Of a DNA stretch of 64,000 bases, positions 40,479 to 50,651 are shown piece by piece. Numbering within the stretch: the first letter of the stretch is position 1; every line of letters begins with the position of its first letter. Source of the DNA: Thermodesulfobacteriota bacterium (GTDB taxonomy: Bacteria > Desulfobacterota > Desulfobacteria > Desulfobacterales > SURF-7). Where the stretch lies: assembly GCA_049320885.1 (NCBI GenBank), contig JBMORA010000028.1:65306-129305 (forward strand), in the 5' to 3' direction. The notes under the pieces were generated by a model. That model was not told the DNA's origin, made no database searches, and was given only the letters and a program-made list of their open reading frames with translations. The position numbers were made by a program, and so were the translations under genes.

Positions 40479-41153
40479 GTGGTTAAAGGAAAAAGAAAGC
40501 CGTTGGAAGAAATCAGAGCCCTCCTGGCTCCCTACAACAAAGTGCTGCTCACCGGATGCGGTGGCTGCGTATCGGTCTGCCTGGCGGGCGGACAGAAGGA
40601 AGTCAACCTGCTGATCTCCGATTTGAAGATGCTGTTCAAACAGGAGAATACCCCGAAGGAACTGAAGGGGTATACGGTGGAAAGGCAATGCAATCAACAA
40701 TTCCTGGCCGAACTGGACGATATGGTGGGCGACCACGATTGTCTGGTGTCCATGGCCTGCGGCGCCGGCGTTCAATATCTTGCCGAGCGTTTTCCGGGCA
40801 AACCGGTTTTTCCGGCCATCAACACCCTGGCCATCGGCGTCGACCGCGAAATTGGCGTGTATGAGGAAAAATGCAGGGCCTGCGGTGAGTGCGTCCTGGC
40901 TTATACCGGCGGCATCTGTCCGGTCACCCGTTGCGCCAAGGGGCTGTTCAACGGTCCCTGCGGCGGAACCAACAAAGGGATGTGCGAAATCAGCAATCAG
41001 ATCCCCTGCGCCTGGTATGATATCTATAACCGGCTGAAAGAACAGAACCGACTGGCCGATATCCTGAAAATTCAGATGCCCATGGAATGGCGCAACCAGA
41101 CCCAGCGGACGATTGTTCAGGAAGCGTATGAGAGACGGTATGCCGGGAAGTAG
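40479..41153 (+). CDS. metV: Methylene-THF reductase small Zn/Fe-S subunit (MetV, MTHFR_C domain)
   Basis: GCGGCVSVC.AGG, RQC, ACGAGVQ, CRACGEC, GGICPVTRCAKGLFNGPCGG...CE...CAW; GTG start after GGAGG. Confidence 0.88.
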   Translation: MVKGKRKPLEEIRALLAPYNKVLLTGCGGCVSVCLAGGQKEVNLLISDLKMLFKQENTPKELKGYTVERQCNQQFLAELDDMVGDHDCLVSMACGAGVQYLAERFPGKPVFPAINTLAIGVDREIGVYEEKCRACGECVLAYTGGICPVTRCAKGLFNGPCGGTNKGMCEISNQIPCAWYDIYNRLKEQNRLADILKIQMPMEWRNQTQRTIVQEAYERRYAGK

Positions 41154-41268
41154 CAGTCGGACATCATTTCGGCCCGTCACCCCATGAATTGAATTTCAAC
41201 CGGTGCGCCGGCCGGCGGTGGACATCGACCGCCGCCGTGAGGGCGAAACCAAAAAAGTTGTTGCACAA

Positions 41269-41976
41269 ATGGACATATCAAACATACTCACCGCCGACTA
41301 TATTTACAATCTTGCACGGGGCCCGCTGGTCTGGATTTCCCTCCTGATCTGCATCATCGGTTCCGTGGCGAGAACGCTGCAACTCCTTTCCTATACCCGC
41401 ACCAAGAAAATCGACGAGAAAGCGGATCTCAGCTCCATCGGCAAGAAGCCGCCGGCCAAGAAATTCAGCCTCAAGGATCTGCCGGATCTGGTCGCCTCCC
41501 TGAAGCACACCATTCTGGCCGTCAGCCCGGTCACCATACTGGTCAGTTTATGCTTCCACATCTGCCTGATCATCGTGCCCGTTTTTTTACTGGCGCATAA
41601 CATCCTCATCGAGGATGCCGTCGGATTCAGCCTGTTTTCCTTTTCGGAAGCCTTCAGCGATGGCCTGACCTTCGTGTTTCTGCTCTGCGGCCTCTTCTTT
41701 TTGTCCCGCAGGATTTTTCTGCCGCGGGTGCGGGCCATCACGACGCTTTACGACTATGTGGTGCTGCTGATCACCGTCGCCCCCTTCCTGACCGGATTTC
41801 TGGCCTACTACCAGGTGTTCGATTACAAGACCATGATCATCCTGCACATGCTGGCGGGCGAATTGATGCTGGTGTCCATACCGTTCACCAAGATTTTTCA
41901 TATGTTTTTCTTCTTTGTCGGCCGGTTCCTGCTCGTGAACCAGCACACCATCGGAAAGGGAAGCAGAACCTGGTGA
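41269..41976 (+). CDS. NarI/TmcC-like diheme cytochrome b membrane subunit
   Basis: Five TM; RGPL.W; His pairs FHIC...LAHN and LHML...PFTKIFHM. Confidence 0.85.
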   Translation: MDISNILTADYIYNLARGPLVWISLLICIIGSVARTLQLLSYTRTKKIDEKADLSSIGKKPPAKKFSLKDLPDLVASLKHTILAVSPVTILVSLCFHICLIIVPVFLLAHNILIEDAVGFSLFSFSEAFSDGLTFVFLLCGLFFLSRRIFLPRVRAITTLYDYVVLLITVAPFLTGFLAYYQVFDYKTMIILHMLAGELMLVSIPFTKIFHMFFFFVGRFLLVNQHTIGKGSRTW

Positions 41977-42028
41977 TCCGGCATATCGCAAGGGATCGAT
42001 ACAACAATATGTTCTTCTGGAGATACCA

Positions 42029-42406
42029 ATGACCGAACAAAAAGCAGCCGTTGACGTTGGGGAAGTCAAACGAATGCTGGATAAACATAAGGCAAAGATG
42101 AAGCTGTCCCTCAGCCTATGCGCGCATTGCTCCTTGTGCGCAGAGAGTTGCTTCCTGTTCAACGCCCGCAACAACGACCCGAAATACATGCCTTCCTACA
42201 AGTTCATCAATTCCATCGGGAAGATCTATAAAAAAAAGGGGAAGGTGGACCAGGCCATGCTCGAGGAAATCGCCGTGAACGCATGGAAACGCTGTGTGCT
42301 CTGCACCCGCTGTTATTGCCCGTTCGGCATCGATATCCCCAGCATGATCGCCCTGGCCAGAAGCATCTGCCGTTCCCAGGGGGTCTATCCCCAGTACGAT
42401 GAATGA
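42029..42406 (+). CDS. 125-aa 2x[4Fe-4S] protein (N-terminal domain of TmcB/HmcF/DsrK family, no CCG domains)
   Basis: CAHCSLCAESC...P.Y.PSYK and CVLCTRCYCPFGIDI; RBS GGAG. Confidence 0.85.
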   Translation: MTEQKAAVDVGEVKRMLDKHKAKMKLSLSLCAHCSLCAESCFLFNARNNDPKYMPSYKFINSIGKIYKKKGKVDQAMLEEIAVNAWKRCVLCTRCYCPFGIDIPSMIALARSICRSQGVYPQYDE

Positions 42407-42500
42407 GCCGTGACGGGGGGTAACCAGGGACGGAAGCGTATCACCGAAGAGAATCGCCAAATCAAGGTTGGCTTTAACCAAACGAGAAGGATGTGTGGAA

Positions 42501-43448
42501 ATGAGTACGGAAAACACTCATGATTTCAAAGCAGGCAGCAATCTGGAAAAAATTCTGAAAGCCGGACATTTCGCCTTCACCGGAGAGCTGGGGCCTCCCC
42601 GGGGTTCCAACGTGGAGCATGTCATTGAAAAAGCCAAGCCCTTGAAGGGCATGGTCGACATGGTCAATATCACCGACAACCAGACCGCCATGGTGCGTAT
42701 GTCCAGCTGGGCCGCCGCCCTCATCGCCCTGCGCGAAGGCCTGGAGCCCAATTATCAGATGGTCTGCCGCGACCGAAACCGTCTGGCCATGCAGGCCGAC
42801 ATTCTCGGCGCTTATGCCCACGGCATCCGCAATATCCTCTGCCTGTCCGGAGACCACCAGCAGTTCGGCGATCACCCCAACGCCAAAGGCGTTTTCGACA
42901 TCGACTCCATCCAGCTGGTGGGCATGATCAAAAAAATGCGCGACGAAGGCAAATTCCTGAGCGGCGCCGAAATCGACCATCCGCCGAAACTGTTCATCGG
43001 CGCGGCCGCCAACCCCTTCGGCGACCCCTTTGAGTGGCGGGTCTACCGTCTGGCCAAAAAAGTTCAGGCCGGCGCGGATTTCATTCAGACCCAATGCGTG
43101 TTCAACATGAAAAAAATGCGCGAATTCATCAAGCAGGCCAATGACATGGGTCTGACCGAGAGGACCAGCATCCTGGCCGGCGTGACCCCCATGAAGAGTC
43201 TCGGTATGGCCAAATACATGGCCACCAAGGTGCCGGGCATGGATGTCCCGGAAGACGTCATCAAACGGATCCAGGGGGTGGACAAGAAAAAACAGGCGGA
43301 TGAAGGCATTACCATCGCCTGTGAACAAATCCAGGAATTCAAGGAGATGAAAGGCGTCGCCGGTGTCCACCTGATGGCCATCGAATGGGAGCACAAGGTT
43401 CCGGAGATCGCCGAGCGCGCCGGCATGCTGCCGCGGCCGAAAGTGTAA
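42501..43448 (+). CDS. metF: Methylenetetrahydrofolate reductase, flavoprotein subunit
   Basis: ELGPPRG, NITDNQTA.VRMSS, QMVCRDRNR.A.Q, LCLSGDH, KKVQAGADFIQTQ, GVHLM. Confidence 0.93.
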   Translation: MSTENTHDFKAGSNLEKILKAGHFAFTGELGPPRGSNVEHVIEKAKPLKGMVDMVNITDNQTAMVRMSSWAAALIALREGLEPNYQMVCRDRNRLAMQADILGAYAHGIRNILCLSGDHQQFGDHPNAKGVFDIDSIQLVGMIKKMRDEGKFLSGAEIDHPPKLFIGAAANPFGDPFEWRVYRLAKKVQAGADFIQTQCVFNMKKMREFIKQANDMGLTERTSILAGVTPMKSLGMAKYMATKVPGMDVPEDVIKRIQGVDKKKQADEGITIACEQIQEFKEMKGVAGVHLMAIEWEHKVPEIAERAGMLPRPKV

Positions 43449-43480
43449 CGCCGAGAATCGATCTTCCTGAAAATCCCCAT

Positions 43481-43511
43481 AAAAAACCCGGCCGACCGCC
43501 GGGTTTTTTTT
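43481..43511 (+). terminator. Intrinsic (bidirectional-type) terminator after metF
   Basis: AAAAAACCCGGC-CGACC-GCCGGGTTTTTTTT. Confidence 0.85.
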
Positions 43512-43551
43512 ATGCTTGTTTTCCGTCGGACAAGCGATTACATTGAAAAAC

Positions 43552-44784
43552 ATGCAATTGGGTTTCGAATCTTTCGCCGCCTGGCGCTACCTGAAGGCCG
43601 GAAAAAAAAAGGGCTTCATATCCCTGATCACCCTGCTTTCCATGACCGGAATCACCGTGGGAGTCATGACCCTGATCGTGGTCATCGCGGTCATGACCGG
43701 CGCGGAGCACGATTTCAGGGAGCGCGTCCTCGGGGCCCAGCCGCATATCCTGCTGATGCGCGGCGGCAATCTTTTTTATGACTACCGGCTGGCGATGGAG
43801 ACGATCCAGTCCGTGGACGGCGTGATCGCGGCCAAACCCTTCGTACATACCCAGGTGGTTTTGCGGTCTTCCAAGGGCCTCGCCGGCGCCATGCTGAAGG
43901 GAATCGATTCCGAATCGTTCGCCCGGATGGGGGGGCAAATCCATCCGGCCGCGCCCCTCTCGGAAAATGCGGGTCAGGATCCCGCCACCTATCCCCGGAT
44001 CATGATCGGCAAGGCCCTGGCGGAGGAACTGGGTGTCGGTCCAGGTGACCAGTTGCTGTACATGGTGTTCTCCCAGGGCAGCAAATTCGACATCGGCCGC
44101 ATGCCGGCCATGCGACGTTTCCGGATCGACGGACTTTTCAGCACCGGCCTGGACGAATATGACAAGGCCGTGGCGTTTATCCCCCTGGCCGAGGCCCAGG
44201 CCATCATCGGCTCGGGGGACGCCGTTACCGGAATCGAAGTTCAACTGCGGGACGTGGAAAACGTAAAAGCCATCAGCCGAAAGATTCAATCCCTGCTGAA
44301 GCCGGCCTATTGGGCCATGGACTGGATGCAGATGAACCGCAACATTTTTTCCGCCCTCCGGCTCCAAAAAACGGTGATGTTCATCATCCTGATCCTCATC
44401 GTGCTGGTAGCGGCTTTCAATATCGCCGGTTCGCTTTTCATGATGGTCATGGAGCGGACCCGGGACATCGCCATCCTGAAGGCCATGGGAACCAACAACG
44501 CCGGTATCCGCCGGATTTTCATCTTCAAGGGAATGGTGATCGGTCTGATCGGATCGCTCCTGGGGGTCGGCGGCGGGGTCATCATCTGCGCCATCCTGAG
44601 CCGGTATCACTTCATCGATCTGCCGGGGGATGTATATTATTTCACCACCCTGCCGGTCCGGCTGGAAATCCCGGACGTGCTCGTCATCACGTCCTCCGCC
44701 CTCCTGATCTGTTTCCTGGCCAGCCTCTACCCCTCGTTTCTGGCCTCCCGGATGACGCCGGTGGAGGGTCTGCGCATCGGATAG
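43552..44784 (+). CDS. Lipoprotein-releasing ABC transporter permease LolC/E
   Basis: AWRYL...FISLI..LS..GI.VGV..LIVVIAVM.G; VAAFNI; DIAILKAMG; YPS..ASR..P.E.LR. Confidence 0.9.
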   Translation: MQLGFESFAAWRYLKAGKKKGFISLITLLSMTGITVGVMTLIVVIAVMTGAEHDFRERVLGAQPHILLMRGGNLFYDYRLAMETIQSVDGVIAAKPFVHTQVVLRSSKGLAGAMLKGIDSESFARMGGQIHPAAPLSENAGQDPATYPRIMIGKALAEELGVGPGDQLLYMVFSQGSKFDIGRMPAMRRFRIDGLFSTGLDEYDKAVAFIPLAEAQAIIGSGDAVTGIEVQLRDVENVKAISRKIQSLLKPAYWAMDWMQMNRNIFSALRLQKTVMFIILILIVLVAAFNIAGSLFMMVMERTRDIAILKAMGTNNAGIRRIFIFKGMVIGLIGSLLGVGGGVIICAILSRYHFIDLPGDVYYFTTLPVRLEIPDVLVITSSALLICFLASLYPSFLASRMTPVEGLRIG

Positions 44785-44809
44785 CTCACCGCTGCAAAAG
44801 CCTTTCAAC

Positions 44810-46369
44810 TCATCGACGCAGACGACGGTTCCGCTTTCCGGAACGTCCAGACCGGAAGGAGTGCGCCAACCACCCCGCCGTCAAAACGCAGGCCGTCCAC
44901 CCGAACCAGTTTCCGGCGCGGCTGTAAAAGGTTCCACCCTCCATCATGGGAACATCGCCGCGCAGAATTTCCCGGGTCCACTGCCCCGTCCGGTTATTTA
45001 GACGCCCCACCGGATCCACGATGGCGCTGATCCCCGTGTTGGTGGCCCGGACCAGGCTGCGGCGGTGCTCGATGGCGCGGAAACTCGCCAGGACCAGGTG
45101 CTGCATGGGCTCCGCGGTGTCGCCGTACCAGGAATCGTTGGTCAAATTGATGATGGCATGGGGCAGCAGACCGTCTTCCCTTTCCGCCCTCATCCCCTGC
45201 CGGACAAATCGCGGAAAAAGGTCTTCGTAGCAGATGTTGACGGAAAACCGGTAGTTCCGAAAACGCAAGGGGGTCGAATCCTCGCCCGGGCTGAACCGGC
45301 TCGTGTAGGGCAAATGCCGGTACAGAAACGGGAACCGGTCGCCGAAGGGGATATATTCACCGAAGGGCACCAGGATGCGCTTGTGATAGGTTCCGCGCAC
45401 CCGGCAACCGCCGTCGATCAGCATGGCGCCGGTATATTTTTTCCGTTCCCCTGCCTTTCGTTCCATGGTCAGGGCGCCGAACAGCACCGGCTTTCCGGTG
45501 GCACCCGTCAACCGGCAGGGCACCGCGGCAGCACGGTGGTGAAGGGGGCTGGTGATCACCGATTCCGGCCAGACGACCAGATCGACATCCCGGTCCAAAG
45601 AGCCCGAAACGGCGGTCCGGGACATTTCCTGGTGAATCCGGACAAACTCGTCAGGCCGGTGGTGCTTGAAGGCTTCGCCCTTGCCGGCCTGAATGACGGC
45701 CACCCGTATCTTGGGCGCTTTGGCTGCGGCCGCGTCGATGGCGGATATGCGCCAGACCCCGTAAACCGCCGCCGCCGTCACCGCCAGCAGAAATAAACCG
45801 ACTTCCCGCAGCGGGGGTGCAGCGCCGGCGACCCGCTGCGCCATCACCCGGTAGATGGTGGCGTTGCCCCATATCAGCACCGCGGAGACGCCGATGATGC
45901 CGGTGATATCGGCCAACTGGGTCAGGGGCGGCAGCGGGTGCTGACTGGCGCCGATGTAATTGGGGAAAACGAATGGAAACACTTGTTCCATGGCGGCCCA
46001 GGCCAGGGGCGCCGTCCACCACGGCGACCAGCCGCTCCGCTGCTGCAGCCGGCGGACGCACCAGGCCACCAGAGCGAAACTCACTCCATTATAGGCAGCG
46101 TAGGCCAGCAGCGCAATGACGGCGGGAATCACGCTCAGGCCGGCGAAGACCGTCAGCATGTGCACGAGCCAGTAAAAACCGCCGGCGTGCCCCACCGTGC
46201 CGGCTAGCCAGCCCAACAGAAAAGCCCGTCCCGGAGATTCCGCCCGCATGGCCCACAGCAGTGGCACCAGGAAGACCCATTCCAGAAAGAACAGTCCGTA
46301 CCCCACATACCCCAGGAATCCGAGCAGCCCTGAAAGCACGGCAAAGAACCATGGTATCATTATTTTCAT
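44810..46369 (-). CDS. lnt: Apolipoprotein N-acyltransferase
   Basis: Multi-TM; WPES, YHKRILVPFGEYIP, ICYEDLF, NLTNDSWYG, RAIE, RATNTGISA.VDP.G. Confidence 0.93.
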   Translation of the reverse strand: MKIMIPWFFAVLSGLLGFLGYVGYGLFFLEWVFLVPLLWAMRAESPGRAFLLGWLAGTVGHAGGFYWLVHMLTVFAGLSVIPAVIALLAYAAYNGVSFALVAWCVRRLQQRSGWSPWWTAPLAWAAMEQVFPFVFPNYIGASQHPLPPLTQLADITGIIGVSAVLIWGNATIYRVMAQRVAGAAPPLREVGLFLLAVTAAAVYGVWRISAIDAAAAKAPKIRVAVIQAGKGEAFKHHRPDEFVRIHQEMSRTAVSGSLDRDVDLVVWPESVITSPLHHRAAAVPCRLTGATGKPVLFGALTMERKAGERKKYTGAMLIDGGCRVRGTYHKRILVPFGEYIPFGDRFPFLYRHLPYTSRFSPGEDSTPLRFRNYRFSVNICYEDLFPRFVRQGMRAEREDGLLPHAIINLTNDSWYGDTAEPMQHLVLASFRAIEHRRSLVRATNTGISAIVDPVGRLNNRTGQWTREILRGDVPMMEGGTFYSRAGNWFGWTACVLTAGWLAHSFRSGRSGKRNRRLRR

Positions 46370-46549
46370 CGCCGCATCTCCCGTCACTGATTCCGGACAA
46401 ACCGGTTTGTTCGAAATCGGCAGTCTCATTCAAAAGGACGATTGTCCTCCCAGACGGTACAAAACCGGAATCCACCCCGATCCCGGCTGTCGATCAGCGC
46501 AAACCAGCTGAAATTTCAGCCCATACTTTTCCCGTAATTCGCTATTTTT

Positions 46550-46566
46550 TAGGCACCATATTTGCA
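46550..46566 (+). promoter_or_regulatory. Sigma54 (-24/-12) promoter of the chemoreceptor gene
   Basis: TAGGCACCATATTTGCA, GG-N10-GC spacing, about 80 nt upstream of the ATG. Confidence 0.65.
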
Positions 46567-46646
46567 GATACAACAAAAACGCCAAGAATGGCAGGTTGTA
46601 TCAGCTGTACTTCCGGTATCCATCCCATTCATTTTACGGAGATTCC

Positions 46647-48662
46647 ATGAACACCATCCGCGCACGACTCGGAATACCCCTGATATCCGGTCTGGTTATC
46701 GTAGTTTCGGCGGTGCTGATGTGGCAATACCAGATGACATCACAACAAATCAACCGGCTGAACCGGACGAGCAATCATTATCTTGAGACTCTGTCCCAAA
46801 ACAGCGGGGAAAACCTGGAAGAACTGTCCTCCAACAACCGGCGGCTGCTGGAGGAGGTTGAAACCGAGGCGGCCGGCGACCTGTTTCAGTTGATCAATGC
46901 CAACCTTTCCAAAGATATCCGCATGGGCAACAAAAGGGGCCTGCTGGTCCGCCTGAAAGCCCAGAAAGTCGGGAATGTCGATGAAATATCGGTGTTCAAC
47001 CATCAGGGCCAGGTCAAATACTCTTCCAATCCGGAAGCTGTGGGGCGCGGCATGGCAACCGAGACCCTGGGCCAGCTGCTGGAGGAGAAGAAAAAAGTCC
47101 TGAAGTCCAACAATCAGGGAACGGTTGAAATTTACGAGCCCCAGATCATCACCCGGAAATGCACCATGTGTCATATCCATCGTGACTGGCGGGGTCAGGA
47201 GGGCACTGTCGGCGGCATTACCTTCGCCAAAATATCCACCGCCAAGATCAAGCAGTTCATGAAGAAAAACGAGTCGATCACCGCCGGCCTGAACGGTCAC
47301 AATCAGCAACAGATCATCCAATTCAGGGAAGAAAACCAATCGAATATCGAAACCATAAAACAGACGGTCATCAAGGGGGCCGGCGTTTCGGTGATCCTGA
47401 TCATCGTCTTGTCCACGGTGCTCATGTGGTTTTTGATCGGAAAATTCGTGGTCAAACCGATTGTGGCGGTTTTGGGTTTCGCGGACAGGCTGAAAAAAGG
47501 CGATCTGAGCTGCCGGCTGGAATCCGGCAAGGGAGAAATCGGTCGAATGTCCCAGGCATTGAACGCCGTGGTTGAAGAGTTGCACCTGCGGGCCCAAAAC
47601 GCCTCGGGGATCGCCGGCGGGGAGCTGGATCTGGAAATTCATCTGTCATCGGAACAGGATCTTCTCGGGAATTCGTTGCAGGAGATGGTCAACAGCCTGA
47701 ACCGGATCATTGGGCGGATCAAATCGATTTCGCATCTGGTGAACGACAGCGCCGGCCATGTCGCGGTTTCCAGTCAATCCCTGTCCCAGGGCGCCAATCA
47801 ACAGGCGGCCTCCATCCGCCAGATTGCGGATGCCATGACCGAAATCGAGCAGCAGATCCGAAGGAACACCGAAAACGCGGAGACGGCCAACCGTCTGGCC
47901 ACCGATGTGCGCCATCAAGGGGAAAAAGGGTCGCACCGGATGGAACAGATGCTGAACGCCATCCAGGACATCCATCGGTCCAGTGAAGATATCCGTAAAA
48001 TCATCAAGACGATTGACGATATCGCCTTTCAGACCAACCTGCTGGCCCTGAACGCCTCGGTGGAAGCCGCCAGGGCCGGAAAACACGGCAAGGGGTTCGC
48101 GGTGGTGGCCCAGGAAGTCAGGGCTCTGGCCATGCGCTGCGCCACGTCCGCCCAGGACACATCCGGGATGATCGATCGTTCCATGCAGAAGATCGATCTC
48201 GGTCTTGAAATAGCCGCCAACACTTCCCGGGCATTTTCGGATATCATCACCGGAATCCAAAAAGTTTCCGGTTTGATGGCCGACATCACCCATGCGGCGG
48301 GCAAGCAGTCCGAGGGAATCGCCGGGGTGAATCAGGAGCTTCGACAAATCGACAGGATCACCAGCCGAAACGCTTCGGCTGCGACCGAGACGGCCAAATC
48401 CGCGGAGGAGCTGTCCGGACAGGCCGGCGATCTGACGCAGGTTCTGAAGCATTTCAAGCAAAACCAGCCGGCAATGGAAACCGGACGGCCGCTTTCATTT
48501 GGAGCGCAGCCCCTGCGCCTGGTCGAACGCCATCATCACCCGGATGGACTGTCGCTGGCCGAGGATTCGTCCGAATCGGGAGACGGCGCAGGAACCGAAA
48601 TGCAACATACAGCTTATGCCGGCAGCGGTAGGGCTGACAGACGATTCGCCGTCCTGCTTTGA
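46647..48662 (+). CDS. Methyl-accepting chemotaxis protein with periplasmic heme-c site
   Basis: Two TM; CTMCH between them; [35 protein letters not shown] signalling hairpin. Confidence 0.92.
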   Translation: MNTIRARLGIPLISGLVIVVSAVLMWQYQMTSQQINRLNRTSNHYLETLSQNSGENLEELSSNNRRLLEEVETEAAGDLFQLINANLSKDIRMGNKRGLLVRLKAQKVGNVDEISVFNHQGQVKYSSNPEAVGRGMATETLGQLLEEKKKVLKSNNQGTVEIYEPQIITRKCTMCHIHRDWRGQEGTVGGITFAKISTAKIKQFMKKNESITAGLNGHNQQQIIQFREENQSNIETIKQTVIKGAGVSVILIIVLSTVLMWFLIGKFVVKPIVAVLGFADRLKKGDLSCRLESGKGEIGRMSQALNAVVEELHLRAQNASGIAGGELDLEIHLSSEQDLLGNSLQEMVNSLNRIIGRIKSISHLVNDSAGHVAVSSQSLSQGANQQAASIRQIADAMTEIEQQIRRNTENAETANRLATDVRHQGEKGSHRMEQMLNAIQDIHRSSEDIRKIIKTIDDIAFQTNLLALNASVEAARAGKHGKGFAVVAQEVRALAMRCATSAQDTSGMIDRSMQKIDLGLEIAANTSRAFSDIITGIQKVSGLMADITHAAGKQSEGIAGVNQELRQIDRITSRNASAATETAKSAEELSGQAGDLTQVLKHFKQNQPAMETGRPLSFGAQPLRLVERHHHPDGLSLAEDSSESGDGAGTEMQHTAYAGSGRADRRFAVLL

Positions 48663-48708
48663 ACCGGAAAAACGGGGAAATGGTATTGTCCGCGCCACTC
48701 CTCCGGTT

Positions 48709-49431
48709 TTACGTTTCCGGGCAATTCGTAAGCGTCACACCTTTGACTCTGCGTTCGAAGTCGGTATAGACCGATCCCCGCCTGGATGGTGGTTTCCCTT
48801 CGATTCTTTCCAAGGCCGGCAGCAGGAAAACCGCGGATTCCGCATAGGCGTCGGCCCCCATTTGCTCCGCCAGCCCGGCATCCAGCGGGGCGCCGCCCAC
48901 CATGATGCGGACATGGGGCATCTCTCGGCGACACCGTGCGATGGTGTCCCGCATGTAAACAAGCGGTGTGGACATCATGGCGGAAAGGGCCAGAATCTCC
49001 GCGCCGGTGCGGGCCAGGGCCGCCATGAAATCGTCGCAGGCCACATCAAATCCCAGGTCGATGACCTCATATCCGGCGGCCGCCAGGACCCCGGCTACAA
49101 TGTTCTTCCCCAGATCGTGAACATCCCCCTGGACCACGCCGATCACCACCCGTCCCTTGGATGCCGGCGGCAGCACGCCCTTGACTTTTTCAAGCCCCTG
49201 ATTCAGCAGATCCACGGAAAGCAGCAATTCCACAATGGGACCGGCGACGGCCGCCAAGCGCTCCCGCGCCGTACGCAGCCCGCCGGTCAGGGCCTCCAAC
49301 GCGGCTTCCAGGGATATTTCGCCGCGGGCAAGCGCCTCCAGTCCCGCATGCAGCAAATCGCTGTCGTGATCCGCAATGGCGGTTTCCAAAGCCCTCAATG
49401 GATCCACGGAATCGACGGAATCGGTCGTCAT
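48709..49431 (-). CDS. Corrinoid (cobalamin-binding) protein, MtaC/MttC-like
   Basis: Helical cap plus GDVHDLGKNIV (DxHxxG), LSAMMS, MVGGAP, GADAY. Confidence 0.88.
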   Translation of the reverse strand: MTTDSVDSVDPLRALETAIADHDSDLLHAGLEALARGEISLEAALEALTGGLRTARERLAAVAGPIVELLLSVDLLNQGLEKVKGVLPPASKGRVVIGVVQGDVHDLGKNIVAGVLAAAGYEVIDLGFDVACDDFMAALARTGAEILALSAMMSTPLVYMRDTIARCRREMPHVRIMVGGAPLDAGLAEQMGADAYAESAVFLLPALERIEGKPPSRRGSVYTDFERRVKGVTLTNCPET

Positions 49432-49493
49432 GACGATTTTCCTCAGTCCTATTGTAACGACGGAATCGGTTCGCGGCACCAGGTTATCCCCTG

Positions 49494-50651
49494 TCAGCGA
49501 CCGGACAATTCAGCCGCCTTGACCAGCGCAAAAGCGCTGTCGAAGGAAATGTTCGGCGGGTATTCGCACCCCGGCGCGAGAATAAAGCCCCCGTCCCTTG
49601 CCAGAACGTCGATCTGCCGCCGGCATTCATCCATGACCTGCCGGGGCGTGCCCTGCACCAGCAGCGGCGTCGGCACATATCCCACCAGGGTGACTGCATC
49701 GCCATAGCGGCGTTTCATCTCCTCCGGGGTGGCGCAATCGTCCGGCAGGTGGGCGAAGCTGATCACCTGGGGTTCCATCCATTTGATCTGGGCGTCGAAA
49801 TATATCCCATGGCCGCAGTTGTGGATCCCCACCAGCCTTCCTTTTTTCCTGATGCAACGGCTGATTTCCCGGGCGAACGGTCCCTCCAGCGACTCCCAGA
49901 CCTTTTTGGGCAAGGCGCTGTGGGAGGCATACAGGGTGTCGATGGTGACCGCCGGAACTCCGGCATCGCACTGGGCCTCGGCAAAAGCCACCAGGGTTTC
50001 GGTGACAGCCTCGCAGGCCTTTTTCACCTGATCCGGATAGTGCATGCAATCCAGAAAAAAAGCCTGGGCCCCCCGCATCATGGACAAGACTCCCAGAGGG
50101 CCGTAGACAAATCCCGAAACCAGGGTCTTCAGCCCCATGCGGCCGGCCATAATCTCGCAAAGCCGGATCAGGTTGTTCATGCGCCGGGTTTCGGAAAGCG
50201 GAATCGGACGCACGCGGGCATAGTCGTCCACACGGCGGATCGACGGCCGGCTGTAGTCGGGATGGGCCGTGGATTCCTCCGGATACATCACCCGCTGACC
50301 GAAATCGGCGGCTTCCACGGAAAGATCCAGCATAAGCACGATAAGATCCCCGCCGATGAAATCCACGGAGGCCGTAAACACATCCGCCGCCTTTTCGGGG
50401 AGCCGGGAATAATCGGGAAACGAAACCCCCAGGATCCGCCGGGCGCCGGCATTAACCAGGGGTGCCACCGGAACCCGGTCCGGTTCCTTGTGGCGGATGG
50501 CGGTCAGCACCCGCTCGAGGGATGACAGCCGGCTGATCCTTCCCCGATAAGAACAGAACCGCGCGGCAGCATCCTGGATCGGCTCAGGTACGAAGCCGAT
50601 GGGCGGGACCAGGCCGCTTGCAAGAGATCGCCAGATGTTTCCAATCCGCAT
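49494..50651 (-). CDS. UroD-family methyltransferase (MtaA/CmuA-like MT2)
   Basis: PDRVPV, VEAADFG, GPL, Zn-ligand pattern IHNCG and APGCE. Confidence 0.85.
   Translation of the reverse strand: MRIGNIWRSLASGLVPPIGFVPEPIQDAAARFCSYRGRISRLSSLERVLTAIRHKEPDRVPVAPLVNAGARRILGVSFPDYSRLPEKAADVFTASVDFIGGDLIVLMLDLSVEAADFGQRVMYPEESTAHPDYSRPSIRRVDDYARVRPIPLSETRRMNNLIRLCEIMAGRMGLKTLVSGFVYGPLGVLSMMRGAQAFFLDCMHYPDQVKKACEAVTETLVAFAEAQCDAGVPAVTIDTLYASHSALPKKVWESLEGPFAREISRCIRKKGRLVGIHNCGHGIYFDAQIKWMEPQVISFAHLPDDCATPEEMKRRYGDAVTLVGYVPTPLLVQGTPRQVMDECRRQIDVLARDGGFILAPGCEYPPNISFDSAFALVKAAELSGR

Noticed and set aside
42404..42501. Possible selenocysteine read-through or frameshift fusing the Fe-S subunit to MetF (TGA followed by a G6 run)
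   Set aside because: Read-through is out of frame with metF, the TGA is not in a Cys-like motif, no clear SECIS is visible, and metF has its own RBS
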